From Candidatus Aegiribacteria sp. (GTDB taxonomy: Bacteria; Fermentibacterota; Fermentibacteria; Fermentibacterales; JCC-6): a DNA stretch of 64,000 bases. The stretch is from contig JAGLOY010000085.1 of NCBI GenBank assembly GCA_023138735.1, forward strand, positions 6,657 through 70,656. Reading direction: 5' to 3'. The position numbers were made by a program, and so were the translations under genes. Below, piece by piece: positions 25,646 through 35,503 of the stretch (position 1 is its first letter; the number at the start of each line of letters is the position of its first letter). The notes under the pieces are model-generated. The model worked only from the letters and a program-made list of their open reading frames with translations, did not search any database and had not been told where the DNA came from.

Positions 25646-28600
25646 CTAAGATCTATCTGCGGGAAGGGGATTACCTCTCAGTTCAAGGTACTCGAGGATA
25701 ACTCTGTTACTGTATTCGGGCAGCAGGTTTATCAGTTCTTCGCGATATCTGATAGCTTCCTGCCTGTGCCCTTCTTCCCCGGATACTCGATATAACCGGT
25801 AGTACGCTTCGGCAAGTTCCTTCGTATCTGTAAAACCATTTATCAATTCCGTCATCTTCGCAACACCTTCATCGCGGTCGAAGTGGGCTGTAACCTCGGC
25901 TTGGAGTATATCGATCATTGCCGCTGTTTCAGTGTCACCCCCCTCCTTCACTATCGGGAGAGCTCTTTCTATATTCCTCGCCGCTTCCTCAAACCGCTTC
26001 AGTTCCAGCAGAGCAGAAATTTTCACTGTGATAAACAACGCTGCCAGCATGGGAACTCCGATATTCCACGCGATATCCTCGGCCTGCTGAAGATGCTTGA
26101 CAGCTAATCCGAACTCTCCCCTGCTGCAATGTATTGCCCCAATAATCGCTACCGCAAATGACCTGTTCTGTTCGTCCATTCCATCCCCAAGAGCGAGAAC
26201 CCGGTCGAGTATATCGAGCGCTTCGTCCAGTTTCCCTAATTTCCCGTTGATATTGGCGATATTCATCAGGCTGATTGAGCTGCTGACTACATCACCCATT
26301 TCCAGCGAAATATCGTAAGAGGATGTATAGAAACGATGTGCTTCCGGGTAATTGCCCTGCTTTTCGTATACTATCGCTTTATTATTGTAAGAGCGTGCAA
26401 GCTCTTTTTTCGATCCCAGCTCTTTAGCTATTCCTATTGCTTCGTCATAAAGAACCAGTGCTTTATCAGGGTTACCCATCTCTTCCGTGTTCAATCCCAG
26501 GAGGCTTAATCCCGTACAAATATCGTATTTATCACTGCTTTCCCTGCTGATTTTAAGGAATTCTTCGTAGCATTCCGTGCCTTTTTCGAGGTTCCCGGCA
26601 CGAGAGTGGATTTTACCCATTAACTGGACAGCGTTGGCCACTTTCTTTCTATCGTTTATCCTTTCAGCTGCAGCCCTGCTCCGCGCCGATAAACGAAGAG
26701 CATCCTCATATTCACCTTTATGAGTCGCTACTGTCCCTATACCGTACAGACTTTCGCTCTGCCCGTGCAGGTCTATGATTTCCTCGCTTATCTGCAGGGC
26801 TTTCCGATATGTATCCTCGGCTTCGTCGGGGTTCCCGCTATTCAAGTACAACCAGCCCAGTTTGTTCAGGTTCTTCGCTAAGAGTTCACTGTTATCCGAG
26901 GTTCTTGCGAACCTGGTAATATCTTCGAATATCGCTGTCGCACTTTCCCACTCACCTGAGTTGATCAGAGTAATCGCAATCTCGAAATTGATGGCTGCCT
27001 TCTCCTCGTCACTTTTCGTGAATGCCAATAAATGCCTGCTGTGAGCCAGATATTGTTCGTTTTTGTATTCCCTCTTTGCATAATCCGCAGCTTTCCTGAG
27101 GAAATGAACGGCTTTGCCCGGTATTTCAGCATTCTCGTAATGAAACGCAATATCGGCATAACGAGTCTCATCGGAGCCGTAGTACTTCTGCAGAGCTAAA
27201 GCGGCGGTACCGTGCAGTTCGCGAAGCCGCTTCCGCAATTGCATATCGTATACTGTATCTCTAAGAAGAGCGTGTTTAAATATATACAATATCTCATTAA
27301 CCGCTGACCATATTGCGTTATTTTCACCTTCTTGCAGCAATAATAAGTAATTTGCGTTTACGGAACTGTCTTCGAGTATCCTCATCATTCGTGACAGGAT
27401 GCTTGTTTCGAATTCCCGCCCCAGAACTGACGCAGTTCGAATCATATCCTGCAGCTCGCGGGAAAGGCGGTCTATTCGAGCGACTAATATGGCTCTTATT
27501 CCCGTCGGGATATCAATGTCCCTCGCTGACAGGTGATATTCATCTTCGGATACGGTCAACATTTCGTTCTCGATCAGGTATCGGCAGAACTGTTCGATAT
27601 AGAAAGGATTACCGCCGGTTTGCCTAATAACAAACGATATTGCTCCGTCGCTGATCGGTCTATCGAACTGTTTAGCTATGAACGCTCGGGCGATGTCGGA
27701 GGAGAGATGTTCCACTATCACTTCGGAGCATTTTACGTCATGGTCCAGCTCAAGAAAGGGTCTGCTTCCGTCGTCGTTCAATCGACTCGTCGCAATGACA
27801 ATTATCGGATACCCGGCGAGGTTCCTTGTAAGTGTCGAAAACACTCTCCGCGAATCTTCATCTATCCAGTGCAGATCTTCCAGAAAGAGAATAACGGGTT
27901 GCATCAGGCTCTCAGCTTTAATAAGTTCCTTGATAGCGAAAAGAGTGTTGCTGAACCTGCCCTCTGCGTCAAGCTCCTCGTACAGCGAACTTTCCCAGGT
28001 TAAACCTACGAGGGCTCCCAGTATAGATTTAACCCGCAGTAGTTCGTTCACTCTGTCTCGGACCGACCTATCACCTCCGACTGCATTAGAACCGGTGATC
28101 AATTTATCAAATATGTCAGCGAAAGCTGCTCTGTTTTCATCTCCGGTTTTACTGTCCGATTGGCCGAAATACGTCCTTAAGCCGTAAACGAACGGATTCA
28201 TGCTCTTGCGCAGAATACTGTCGGTCTGGAGTACGATGCTCTTCGCTTTTGTTTCTCTTTGTCCTAAATCATAAATGAGTCGGGATTTGCCTATACCGGC
28301 TTCACCGTAAACGTAAACAACCCCTCCAGGGCTTCCTGAATAGATGGGTCGGCATTGTTCTTCGAGTTTCGCGATCTCTCGATCCCTGCCGACTGTGGAG
28401 CCCTCGAACAATTTCGGCTCACCCGCTCCGAATCTAGATACGATCCTGTAAGTTGGTACACGCTCCTTGATACCTTTCAAGTGCAACGATGCAAACTCCG
28501 ACGTTTTGTATAGCGATGCTATCCGGGTTTCCAGTTCCCCGGATATTAGTATGCTCTCCCAGTCGGCACAGCTCATCAAACGTGCCGAGAGGTTAATCTT

Positions 28601-29602
28601 ATCTCCTAAAGCAGTATATGTGCAGCGCCGCCTGCTGCCCACCACTCCAACGTAGGCGATACCGTGAGTCAGACCCGATTTCACATTGCTGCCGAACTCG
28701 TCACGGAGTTTCATGGCGAAGTCTATGGCCCGTTTCGTGTTGTTCTCATAGGATTTCGGAGCACCGAACAGAATCAGCATATGGGGACCCTTATCGTCAA
28801 AAAAGAGGCCGCTTGGATACCCGCCCAGGGCGCTTGTAACCGCTACTGCCCTGGAGATGAAATGGTCAATATATTCATAGTTATCGTAACCGCGGAAAGC
28901 GGTAAACACCGCCGCAACATCGCGGAATTCACCCGCCAATCCGAATTTGGGGAGATGATCAGGTACGAATTTTTCAAGTATGCTGCGTCTCATTCGTCCT
29001 TGCGATGGTCTGGCTCCGACCCCGGTGCAGGTATCTGTTATAATCTTATCTGAAGTATTGCGCGGCAACTTCCCCGAATCGTACCCATGAATAGCTATGT
29101 TACCGGGTTCAATCGTATCTATTATGCGGGCAGATTCCGTTATCGGCTCCCCCCTGAAATAGAATGTCTTCAGCGCAGAACCGACGATTCCCCAATCCAC
29201 CTCCCCGAATGAGATCCCGATGCGGATATTCAGATCAGATCTATAGGAGCTCTCTACTGAATCGTCTCTCCCCGAATCGAAATCATTCTTTATATCAAGC
29301 ACTACGTTTTCTACATAGCGCGTACTCCCGGAGGGGAATAAAGCCGTGAAGCTGTCCCCGGCGAAAGCGGATACAAAGCCACCCGCGTGATATACCTTTT
29401 CAATAAACGGGGAGTAAACCCGGTTGATAATATCCGAAATGAGCTCGGCACCCTCTTTCCCGCGCTTCATCAGTCCCCCGGTAAGCGCGGTGAAACCCAC
29501 AATATCGATGAATACCGAAGCCGTTTCAAAACGACCCCGGATCTCTCCATCTCTATACTTATCATGGATAAAGCGAGGTATTAGGTTTAGCATTACAGGC
29601 AA
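25646..29602 (-). CDS. tandem class III nucleotidyl cyclase domains + STAND/AAA_16-type P-loop ATPase + TPR repeats
   Basis: Cyclase domain 1: ASVFIDIVGFT...AFAGDSFTALF. Domain 2: AAVFTAFRGYDN...ALGDKINLSARL (first metal Asp missing). Walker A GEAGIGKSR, Walker B VILFLEDLHWIDEDS. Many TPR-like helices at the C-terminus. Confidence 0.85.
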   Translation of the reverse strand: MPVMLNLIPRFIHDKYRDGEIRGRFETASVFIDIVGFTALTGGLMKRGKEGAELISDIINRVYSPFIEKVYHAGGFVSAFAGDSFTALFPSGSTRYVENVVLDIKNDFDSGRDDSVESSYRSDLNIRIGISFGEVDWGIVGSALKTFYFRGEPITESARIIDTIEPGNIAIHGYDSGKLPRNTSDKIITDTCTGVGARPSQGRMRRSILEKFVPDHLPKFGLAGEFRDVAAVFTAFRGYDNYEYIDHFISRAVAVTSALGGYPSGLFFDDKGPHMLILFGAPKSYENNTKRAIDFAMKLRDEFGSNVKSGLTHGIAYVGVVGSRRRCTYTALGDKINLSARLMSCADWESILISGELETRIASLYKTSEFASLHLKGIKERVPTYRIVSRFGAGEPKLFEGSTVGRDREIAKLEEQCRPIYSGSPGGVVYVYGEAGIGKSRLIYDLGQRETKAKSIVLQTDSILRKSMNPFVYGLRTYFGQSDSKTGDENRAAFADIFDKLITGSNAVGGDRSVRDRVNELLRVKSILGALVGLTWESSLYEELDAEGRFSNTLFAIKELIKAESLMQPVILFLEDLHWIDEDSRRVFSTLTRNLAGYPIIVIATSRLNDDGSRPFLELDHDVKCSEVIVEHLSSDIARAFIAKQFDRPISDGAISFVIRQTGGNPFYIEQFCRYLIENEMLTVSEDEYHLSARDIDIPTGIRAILVARIDRLSRELQDMIRTASVLGREFETSILSRMMRILEDSSVNANYLLLLQEGENNAIWSAVNEILYIFKHALLRDTVYDMQLRKRLRELHGTAALALQKYYGSDETRYADIAFHYENAEIPGKAVHFLRKAADYAKREYKNEQYLAHSRHLLAFTKSDEEKAAINFEIAITLINSGEWESATAIFEDITRFARTSDNSELLAKNLNKLGWLYLNSGNPDEAEDTYRKALQISEEIIDLHGQSESLYGIGTVATHKGEYEDALRLSARSRAAAERINDRKKVANAVQLMGKIHSRAGNLEKGTECYEEFLKISRESSDKYDICTGLSLLGLNTEEMGNPDKALVLYDEAIGIAKELGSKKELARSYNNKAIVYEKQGNYPEAHRFYTSSYDISLEMGDVVSSSISLMNIANINGKLGKLDEALDILDRVLALGDGMDEQNRSFAVAIIGAIHCSRGEFGLAVKHLQQAEDIAWNIGVPMLAALFITVKISALLELKRFEEAARNIERALPIVKEGGDTETAAMIDILQAEVTAHFDRDEGVAKMTELINGFTDTKELAEAYYRLYRVSGEEGHRQEAIRYREELINLLPEYSNRVILEYLELRGNPLPADRS

Positions 29603-30984
29603 CTCTGTCTCTGATTTAGCTCCGGGTGTTCATCCAGATAATCAAGATAGATCCGGGCTGGTGCCATTTCAGGAAGAATACCCTGATGAACAAGCTCTTC
29701 AAGATTACTGAGGATTATTCCTGTTTCGGACGATGACCCCTCACCTGCCCTCTTCATCAGTGCTTTCCCAAGATCTCTGGGAAGTAGCCGTCTGCGGGTA
29801 TCCTTCGTCAGCCTGCGCAATCTTTCCCGCAGGTCTGCCAGCCTCGCTGCCCCTTCGGAAGAGTAGGGTTCGGCATGAGCAGCGATATCAGCTTGCGCAA
29901 GGTCCAGCAGAAGGTCCAGGTATTCACCGGAATCAATCGCTAGCTTTCTTACCGCCCTGTCTGACCACTCGCTGGAGTAAAGCACAGGCCTCATATGATT
30001 TGCAACCAGAAAGGATATACACTTCCTTTCCTTTTTTGAGAACCTGAACCGTTCAGCTGTTCCATTTACATAATCAGAGCCGATCTTCTCATGGCCGTAA
30101 TAATGTGTATTTCCACCTTCATCAACGGTTCTGCAGGGAGGTTTTCCGATATCGTGCAGAAGGGCCGCCCATCGAAGGCAGGTATTGCCGCTTTTCGTCT
30201 TTTTCACAACATCGAGTGTGTGTTCCCAGACATCACCGTAATGGGCTTTGCCCTGGGGCACACCGTCCTGCATGAACATTTCAGTGAACTGCGGTATCAT
30301 ATCCTGAATAATTCCCGAATCCCTCATCATCTCGAGGACCCTCGACAGCTCTTCACCGTCATCGGTTGTAAGCAGGGAATCCATTTCCATTTTCCAGCGT
30401 TCCCTCGAAATATCCACTATACAGTGATGCTGCTTCCCGATTGCTTCCAGTGTCTTTTCCTCGATTGAAAAACCGAGACGGCAGGCGAAACGGAACGCCC
30501 GAAGCATACGCAGCGGATCTTCACTGAAGGTCTCTTCAGGGCTCAGAGGGGTCCTGATAATCTTTTCCTTCAGATCCCTGCGCCCGCCAAGCGGATCAAT
30601 AATGGTGCCTAATTCATCCATGGCCATGGCGTTCACGGTGAAGTCCCGCCTTTCGAGGTCCTCCTCAAGGTTCATGCCGAATACAACATCGGGGTGACGC
30701 GAACCCTTGCGGTAACTCTCGAGGCATCTGTATGTGGTTATCTGGATCTCAGCCGAATCGGAATCACCGTCAATGATAGCTGCAACGGTGCCGAATTCCA
30801 TTCCTATCGGGATAACCCGGAAGCCTCCCGATTCAAGTATATCCATCGTAACTTCAGGTTTGGCGCTTGTGGTAAAATCGTAATCTCTGGTTTCCAATCC
30901 CAGCAGCCAGTCCCTTACATAACCGCCGACAAGATACAGTTCTTCCCCGTTCTCATGGAAAAGGCTGAAAAGCATCTCAAGCAT
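29593..30984 (-). CDS. cca: CCA-adding tRNA nucleotidyltransferase / poly(A) polymerase family protein with HD domain
   Basis: LYLVGGYVRDWLLG..DYDFTT, RRDFTVNAMA, LLHDIGKP. Confidence 0.85.
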   Translation of the reverse strand: MLEMLFSLFHENGEELYLVGGYVRDWLLGLETRDYDFTTSAKPEVTMDILESGGFRVIPIGMEFGTVAAIIDGDSDSAEIQITTYRCLESYRKGSRHPDVVFGMNLEEDLERRDFTVNAMAMDELGTIIDPLGGRRDLKEKIIRTPLSPEETFSEDPLRMLRAFRFACRLGFSIEEKTLEAIGKQHHCIVDISRERWKMEMDSLLTTDDGEELSRVLEMMRDSGIIQDMIPQFTEMFMQDGVPQGKAHYGDVWEHTLDVVKKTKSGNTCLRWAALLHDIGKPPCRTVDEGGNTHYYGHEKIGSDYVNGTAERFRFSKKERKCISFLVANHMRPVLYSSEWSDRAVRKLAIDSGEYLDLLLDLAQADIAAHAEPYSSEGAARLADLRERLRRLTKDTRRRLLPRDLGKALMKRAGEGSSSETGIILSNLEELVHQGILPEMAPARIYLDYLDEHPELNQRQSCL

Positions 30985-31011
30985 TTGATTTCACCTCTAT
31001 CAAAATCATAT

Positions 31012-32067
31012 ATGCAGCATCCTCGTTCAGTCTATCCGGATTATATGAAAATTGATTATCTTCCGCAGAATATGAAGGGACAGAATTTGACAGTACTGGC
31101 AACAGCATGGAAACAGATTAAAGAGGCCGCGGGGGTCAGCTCCATCCTCTTCCGGATCATGGTTCCCGTTGTTATCGCAGTTAAGATCCTCAGTGAGCTG
31201 GGTCTGGTAAAATACATTGCGACAGCTTTTGCTCCCGTAATGAGCCTTGTCGGCCTGCCCGGAGAGATGGGGCTGGTATGGGCGACCGCTGTGATTACCA
31301 ACATGTACGGCGGGATTGTCATATTCGCCTCAATCGCCCCGGGTCTTCATATGTCAACAGCCCAGTTGACTGTTATTGGCTGCATGATACTTGTAGCCCA
31401 TTCCATGCCGGTCGAAACCACCATAGCCCGAAAGACAGGAGTGCGGATACGCTTCATGATCCCTTTTCGGATACTCTGCGCGCTTCTTTTCGGATTTCTC
31501 CTCAACAGTATCTACACTCTGGGTGGTTTCCTACAGGAGGAGGGACGGATCCTCTGGGAGGCCTCACCCGTCAGCAGCAGCCTTGGTTCATGGGCACTCT
31601 CTGGGCTGCAGAACCTTGCAAGCATATTCCTTATTGTTCTTGTTCTTATCATCCTTATGAAAATCCTGGACAAGCTCGGCATAACCAGGCTCATGAACAA
31701 ACTGCTTGAACCAGTTCTGACATCAATGGGTATCGGAAAATCCGCCAGCACAGTAACCATACTCGGCATGGTCCTGGGTATTTCCTACGGAGGCGGGCTT
31801 ATCATCCGGGATGTAAACTCGGGAAGACTCTCCAGCAGGGATGTTTTCTTCTCCATATCTCTGATGGGGCTTTCGCATGCCATTGTTGAGGATACTCTAC
31901 TGATGATGTCCCTGGGGGGGAGTATTACAGGCATTCTCTTCGGCAGAGTAGCATTCACATGGATTGTAATATCATGTCTTGTACGCATTGTCAGAAAAAT
32001 GTCCGACACTGCTTTCTACAAGTATTTCTTTAGAAGAAATGTGGTGCGTCCCTGCAAAAACCAGTGA
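31012..32067 (+). CDS. nucleoside-recognition (Gate) domain membrane protein
   Basis: Multi-TM protein with FeoB-C/SpmA-like Gate motifs (FAPVMSLVGLPGEMGLVWATAVITNMYGG). The start is uncertain (ATG at 31012, 31045 or 31072). The track start at 30694 overlaps cca and was rejected. Confidence 0.65.
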   Translation: MQHPRSVYPDYMKIDYLPQNMKGQNLTVLATAWKQIKEAAGVSSILFRIMVPVVIAVKILSELGLVKYIATAFAPVMSLVGLPGEMGLVWATAVITNMYGGIVIFASIAPGLHMSTAQLTVIGCMILVAHSMPVETTIARKTGVRIRFMIPFRILCALLFGFLLNSIYTLGGFLQEEGRILWEASPVSSSLGSWALSGLQNLASIFLIVLVLIILMKILDKLGITRLMNKLLEPVLTSMGIGKSASTVTILGMVLGISYGGGLIIRDVNSGRLSSRDVFFSISLMGLSHAIVEDTLLMMSLGGSITGILFGRVAFTWIVISCLVRIVRKMSDTAFYKYFFRRNVVRPCKNQ

Positions 32068-32417
32068 AGGGTCCGAAAATAAAAGCCGGTGCCTGTAGAT
32101 TTGCAGCAGGCGGAATTCGATTTGCTCCCGGTCACGAGCCTGCGAAAGCACTGGAGGAACTTGTCAGGCACTGCAGGATGCACAAAGCCAGCCATGTAAG
32201 CTGGGCGTGCAGGCTTGTACTGGAGGGAAGAATAAGTGAGATGAAAGGCGACGGGGGTGAAAGCGGCGCTGGAAGCGTTATACTGGACGTACTGCGTAAA
32301 TCCTCTACCGAAAATGTCCTTGTCGCTGTTGCAAGGTGGTACGGTGGAAAACACCTTGGGGGATTGCGCTTCCGAATTTACAGAAAGCTTACATCGGAGA
32401 TGCTCGAAACGTTGTAG
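32064..32417 (+). CDS. IMPACT/YigZ N-terminal (UPF0029) domain protein, short form
   Basis: GTG start overlapping the upstream stop (GTGA). KASHVSWACRL...GDGGESGAGSVILDVL...NVLVAVARWYGGKHLGG resembles the YigZ core. Confidence 0.6.
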   Translation: MKGPKIKAGACRFAAGGIRFAPGHEPAKALEELVRHCRMHKASHVSWACRLVLEGRISEMKGDGGESGAGSVILDVLRKSSTENVLVAVARWYGGKHLGGLRFRIYRKLTSEMLETL

Positions 32418-32420
32418 CCC

Positions 32421-32972
32421 TTACCTGCAAAGGTCCTGCCCGGCCATGAAAGCCCGCTTCATGAGCTCTTCATCTTCCATTACTCCTTCAGCATTTTCCA
32501 GAGCGCACACATGGACGGTTTCGATGATATCAAGACCGGCCATACCCCATGCCTTCTTCATACTTTCGATCTGACTGCTGAAAAGATCAGGATCGTCAGC
32601 TCCCTGAGTTACGACGAAGACTGTTTTCTTTCGTCCAAGCCTGCTCTTGAACCCCTCACCTATCAGGCTGAAAAGCCTGTCTGTAAAAGCTTTCATCTGA
32701 GCAGTCATGTAGTAGAAATAAATCGGTGTACCCAGGATAATGCAATCGGCTTCAATCAATTCCTCGAATAGAGGCTTCATGTCATCATCAAGAACACATA
32801 CACCCGTTTTCCGGCACTTCATGCATGCATGACAGCCCATGATGTGAAGCAGCCCGATGTGAAATACAGCGGAATCGGCTCCTTTATCATCTGCACCGCA
32901 CAGAACCTGCCTTACCACCGCATCGGTAACACCATCAGGTCTTGGACTTCCTATAAATGCTGCAATCTTCAT
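32421..32972 (-). CDS. iron-sulfur flavoprotein (Isf-like flavodoxin-fold FMN reductase)
   Basis: MKIAAFIGSPRPDG; compact CHACMKCRKTGVC (Cx2Cx2Cx5C) cluster motif. Start placed at ATG 32972 (GAGAGGGA RBS) rather than the track start at 33035, which overlaps the upstream gene. Confidence 0.75.
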   Translation of the reverse strand: MKIAAFIGSPRPDGVTDAVVRQVLCGADDKGADSAVFHIGLLHIMGCHACMKCRKTGVCVLDDDMKPLFEELIEADCIILGTPIYFYYMTAQMKAFTDRLFSLIGEGFKSRLGRKKTVFVVTQGADDPDLFSSQIESMKKAWGMAGLDIIETVHVCALENAEGVMEDEELMKRAFMAGQDLCR

Positions 32973-32985
32973 AATCATTTCCCTC

Positions 32986-34218
32986 TCAATAGTCCCAGTC
33001 AACTCTGGGAGTTGGAAGCAGGAGTATGCTGTCAAGTTTTCGAATCAGCTCTTCCGGTCCTGCCAGATCATCAGTTACGCAAAGCCCAGATGGGGGTCTT
33101 GCTCCGATCCACATCCTTGATAAAGCGCCAACAGAAGCTTCCAGTACGGGAAGAGATCTGTCATGTCCCTTTGCAGCATGTGATCGGGGTCCCAGTGTAA
33201 CTATGTAACTGCCTGAAATTCCATGCCATGGAGCATCCTGCTCTAGATATTTTTCAATAGGATCCCTAAGTTTTAGATTGAAGGTTACGGGCTCTCCATG
33301 AAGCACGGTATCCTCAAGGCACTTCTCCAGGTTGCATATACGGATCTGCCAGTATGCTATCGCCCTGCTTGTGGCTTCGTACTTGGATCTCTCGGTTATT
33401 CTGTAGTTCCTGAAGGGAGTCTTCAGTAGATCCTGCATTTGAATCGCTGCAGGCTCGTTGAGTTTTACCAGATGAACCTGATCACCCAGATTCTTTATAA
33501 GCCCCAGAAGCTCCAGGAACTGGAAGTAATTCCTGTAACACATCCAGTTGATGAGGTAGGGACCATGCTCGCCCTCTGCGGGTCTGCACCAGAAATGGTG
33601 TGAGAGAAGTTCATTTTCAGCGTCCATGTATCCAAGACCGAAACCGTTCTTGGTCCACTGCATCTCGGCTCTCGTTATTTCTTCCCGCAAAAGGGAGGTA
33701 TTCCCGTGGACACACATCCTGTTCAGTCTGGACCTGTGAATCAGCTCCCAGTCATCTTTCGAAAGACGTACAGGGGGGGGAGGAGTTACATTCAGATCAA
33801 GGGTGGCAGGGTCAAACCCCACATAAGTCTCGTAAGGTCCTGTCCCGAATCCAAGTTTATCGTAATACCCCTGATCGAATATTCCCAGTCCCGCGATACA
33901 GGCCCCTTCTGCAGCATCAAGTGCTACAAGCTCAGCGGTTAACTTTCCTGCAAGCCCTCGTCTTCTACCAACATAACTTGTTGTGACTCCGCATACTGCG
34001 CAAAGGGGGATATCTTTTTCAAGATATCTGAACAGGCCCGGTGAAGAGACAACCAGGGCTTCAGCATTGCCGTTGATATCGCCCATCAGGACGCGGTTGC
34101 CCTCCAGGAACACATCCATGGCTTTTTCATGCTTCTCATTTTCAATCCAGCCCACTTCCCGCCATATCCTGTGGCAGGCTTCCTTATCCTTATTCGGGTC
34201 GAATTTTCTGTGTATCAT
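32986..34218 (-). CDS. GNAT-family acetyltransferase, Eis-like (about 400 aa, possible SCP2-like C-terminus)
   Basis: The GNAT core VGRRRGLAGKLTAELVALDAAEGACIAGLGIFDQGYYDKLGF and the overall size fit Eis-type enzymes. Confidence 0.6.
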   Translation of the reverse strand: MIHRKFDPNKDKEACHRIWREVGWIENEKHEKAMDVFLEGNRVLMGDINGNAEALVVSSPGLFRYLEKDIPLCAVCGVTTSYVGRRRGLAGKLTAELVALDAAEGACIAGLGIFDQGYYDKLGFGTGPYETYVGFDPATLDLNVTPPPPVRLSKDDWELIHRSRLNRMCVHGNTSLLREEITRAEMQWTKNGFGLGYMDAENELLSHHFWCRPAEGEHGPYLINWMCYRNYFQFLELLGLIKNLGDQVHLVKLNEPAAIQMQDLLKTPFRNYRITERSKYEATSRAIAYWQIRICNLEKCLEDTVLHGEPVTFNLKLRDPIEKYLEQDAPWHGISGSYIVTLGPRSHAAKGHDRSLPVLEASVGALSRMWIGARPPSGLCVTDDLAGPEELIRKLDSILLLPTPRVDWDY

Positions 34219-34255
34219 GATTTATCTATTTCCATTCATTGATGGATGGACAGAA

Positions 34256-35500
34256 TCAGGATGGTCTGCGCTGGCGCTTAATGCTTTTCCGCCCGGGGAA
34301 AAGCTGGCATTTTGAGGTTCTGAGTACATTTTTCCAGAATGGACCGGTAGTCTCATCATCCAGAAGCTGTTTCGTGTAGGTGATCACAGCAATCCAGAGA
34401 AGGGAAAGGAATAAGGCTACAAAAGTGTACATGATAACCATTTTACCTCTCTTTGGATATGATCTCAGAGCGGACGGAACGGCAGGCACAAGTATTTCCA
34501 GTGTAGGGCTGTCTTTCGCTTCCTCCAGTTTGAGGGATTCGAGTTCCTGTCTCAGCATCAGGTAGATCGCCCGTCTGGTTTCAAGGTTGATAGCGATGTT
34601 TTCATATTCCTTGAGCATGGAAGGCATGCTGTCCAGACCGGGGAAGTAACTGAGGCTGTCCCCTGCAGCTTTGTTCAACATGGTGTTTCTGAGGAATGCT
34701 ACCTTCCTGGCTATTTCCAGATATGCTGTGCTGGATGATGAGATTGTACCGCTGACGCCGGCAAGTTCAGCTTCGGCAAGAATCAGCTCGGTTTCAAGGG
34801 TACCCAGCAGGTCTATTGATAGAACGCCCTGTTGTTCGGGAAACAACAATCCGGTTTCCTCCCGGAAGAGCTCCATTCTATCCTGGGCTATAAGGAGAGA
34901 TTCCTCAGCTGCGCTGAGAAATTCTTCAGCTGCAATTCTGCTTCTCCTGGCTCTGCTGGTAATTATCGTTGAAAGCTCCTGATTGGAGAACTCTATGATA
35001 TCGTTAACAATTGCCGCTGCCTTCTCCCTGCTGTCAGCTTCCATAGAAACTACGAAGAAACCTTCCGGAGTAAGGAAAACGGAAACCCTCTCACCGAATT
35101 TCAGCAAAGCATCATCCATTGTGGGGACTTTCATGTCAGCCAGAAGGTCATGCCGGAATATTATCCGTTCAGAAACTGTTCTGGAGGTTAGAACCTGAAA
35201 AACGAGATTCATATCCGGGGCGGATGACTCCATGCCCATCATGCCGCCAATGCCGCTCAGCCCATCTGGCAGCAGATCACCTGCCAGTCCGGCGATACCC
35301 GCAAGACCTAAAGATGACTGCTGACCGCCAGGAACAACTGTAATCGCAGAGGCGGTCCAGTACTGCTTCCTTGTCAGTGCCCATGCTGCCGAGGCAAGAG
35401 CCACTACGATGCAGAGTACTGCAATTCTGCGCAGGTTCATCGCAGTGGAACGTATCCATTTTCCAGCAAAGGAGTTCTCTATACTTTTTTCCATAAACAC
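34256..35500 (-). CDS. polysaccharide chain-length determinant (Wzz/GumC-like) protein
   Basis: N- and C-terminal TM helices flank a long coiled periplasmic region. Sits next to the export protein. Confidence 0.7.
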   Translation of the reverse strand: MFMEKSIENSFAGKWIRSTAMNLRRIAVLCIVVALASAAWALTRKQYWTASAITVVPGGQQSSLGLAGIAGLAGDLLPDGLSGIGGMMGMESSAPDMNLVFQVLTSRTVSERIIFRHDLLADMKVPTMDDALLKFGERVSVFLTPEGFFVVSMEADSREKAAAIVNDIIEFSNQELSTIITSRARRSRIAAEEFLSAAEESLLIAQDRMELFREETGLLFPEQQGVLSIDLLGTLETELILAEAELAGVSGTISSSSTAYLEIARKVAFLRNTMLNKAAGDSLSYFPGLDSMPSMLKEYENIAINLETRRAIYLMLRQELESLKLEEAKDSPTLEILVPAVPSALRSYPKRGKMVIMYTFVALFLSLLWIAVITYTKQLLDDETTGPFWKNVLRTSKCQLFPGRKSIKRQRRPS

Positions 35501-35503
35501 ATT

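Noticed and set aside
26775-29584. Multiple plus-strand ORFs of 60-170 aa inside the cyclase/STAND/TPR gene.
   Set aside because: All are antisense to a continuous 1318-aa ORF with cyclase, Walker A/B and TPR motifs, so they are shadow ORFs.
30694-31011. N-terminal 106 codons of the track ORF 30694-32067.
   Set aside because: This stretch overlaps the 5' part of cca on the opposite strand and has no membrane or Gate-domain character. The hydrophobic Gate-domain protein begins after the Met codons at 31012, 31045 and 31072.
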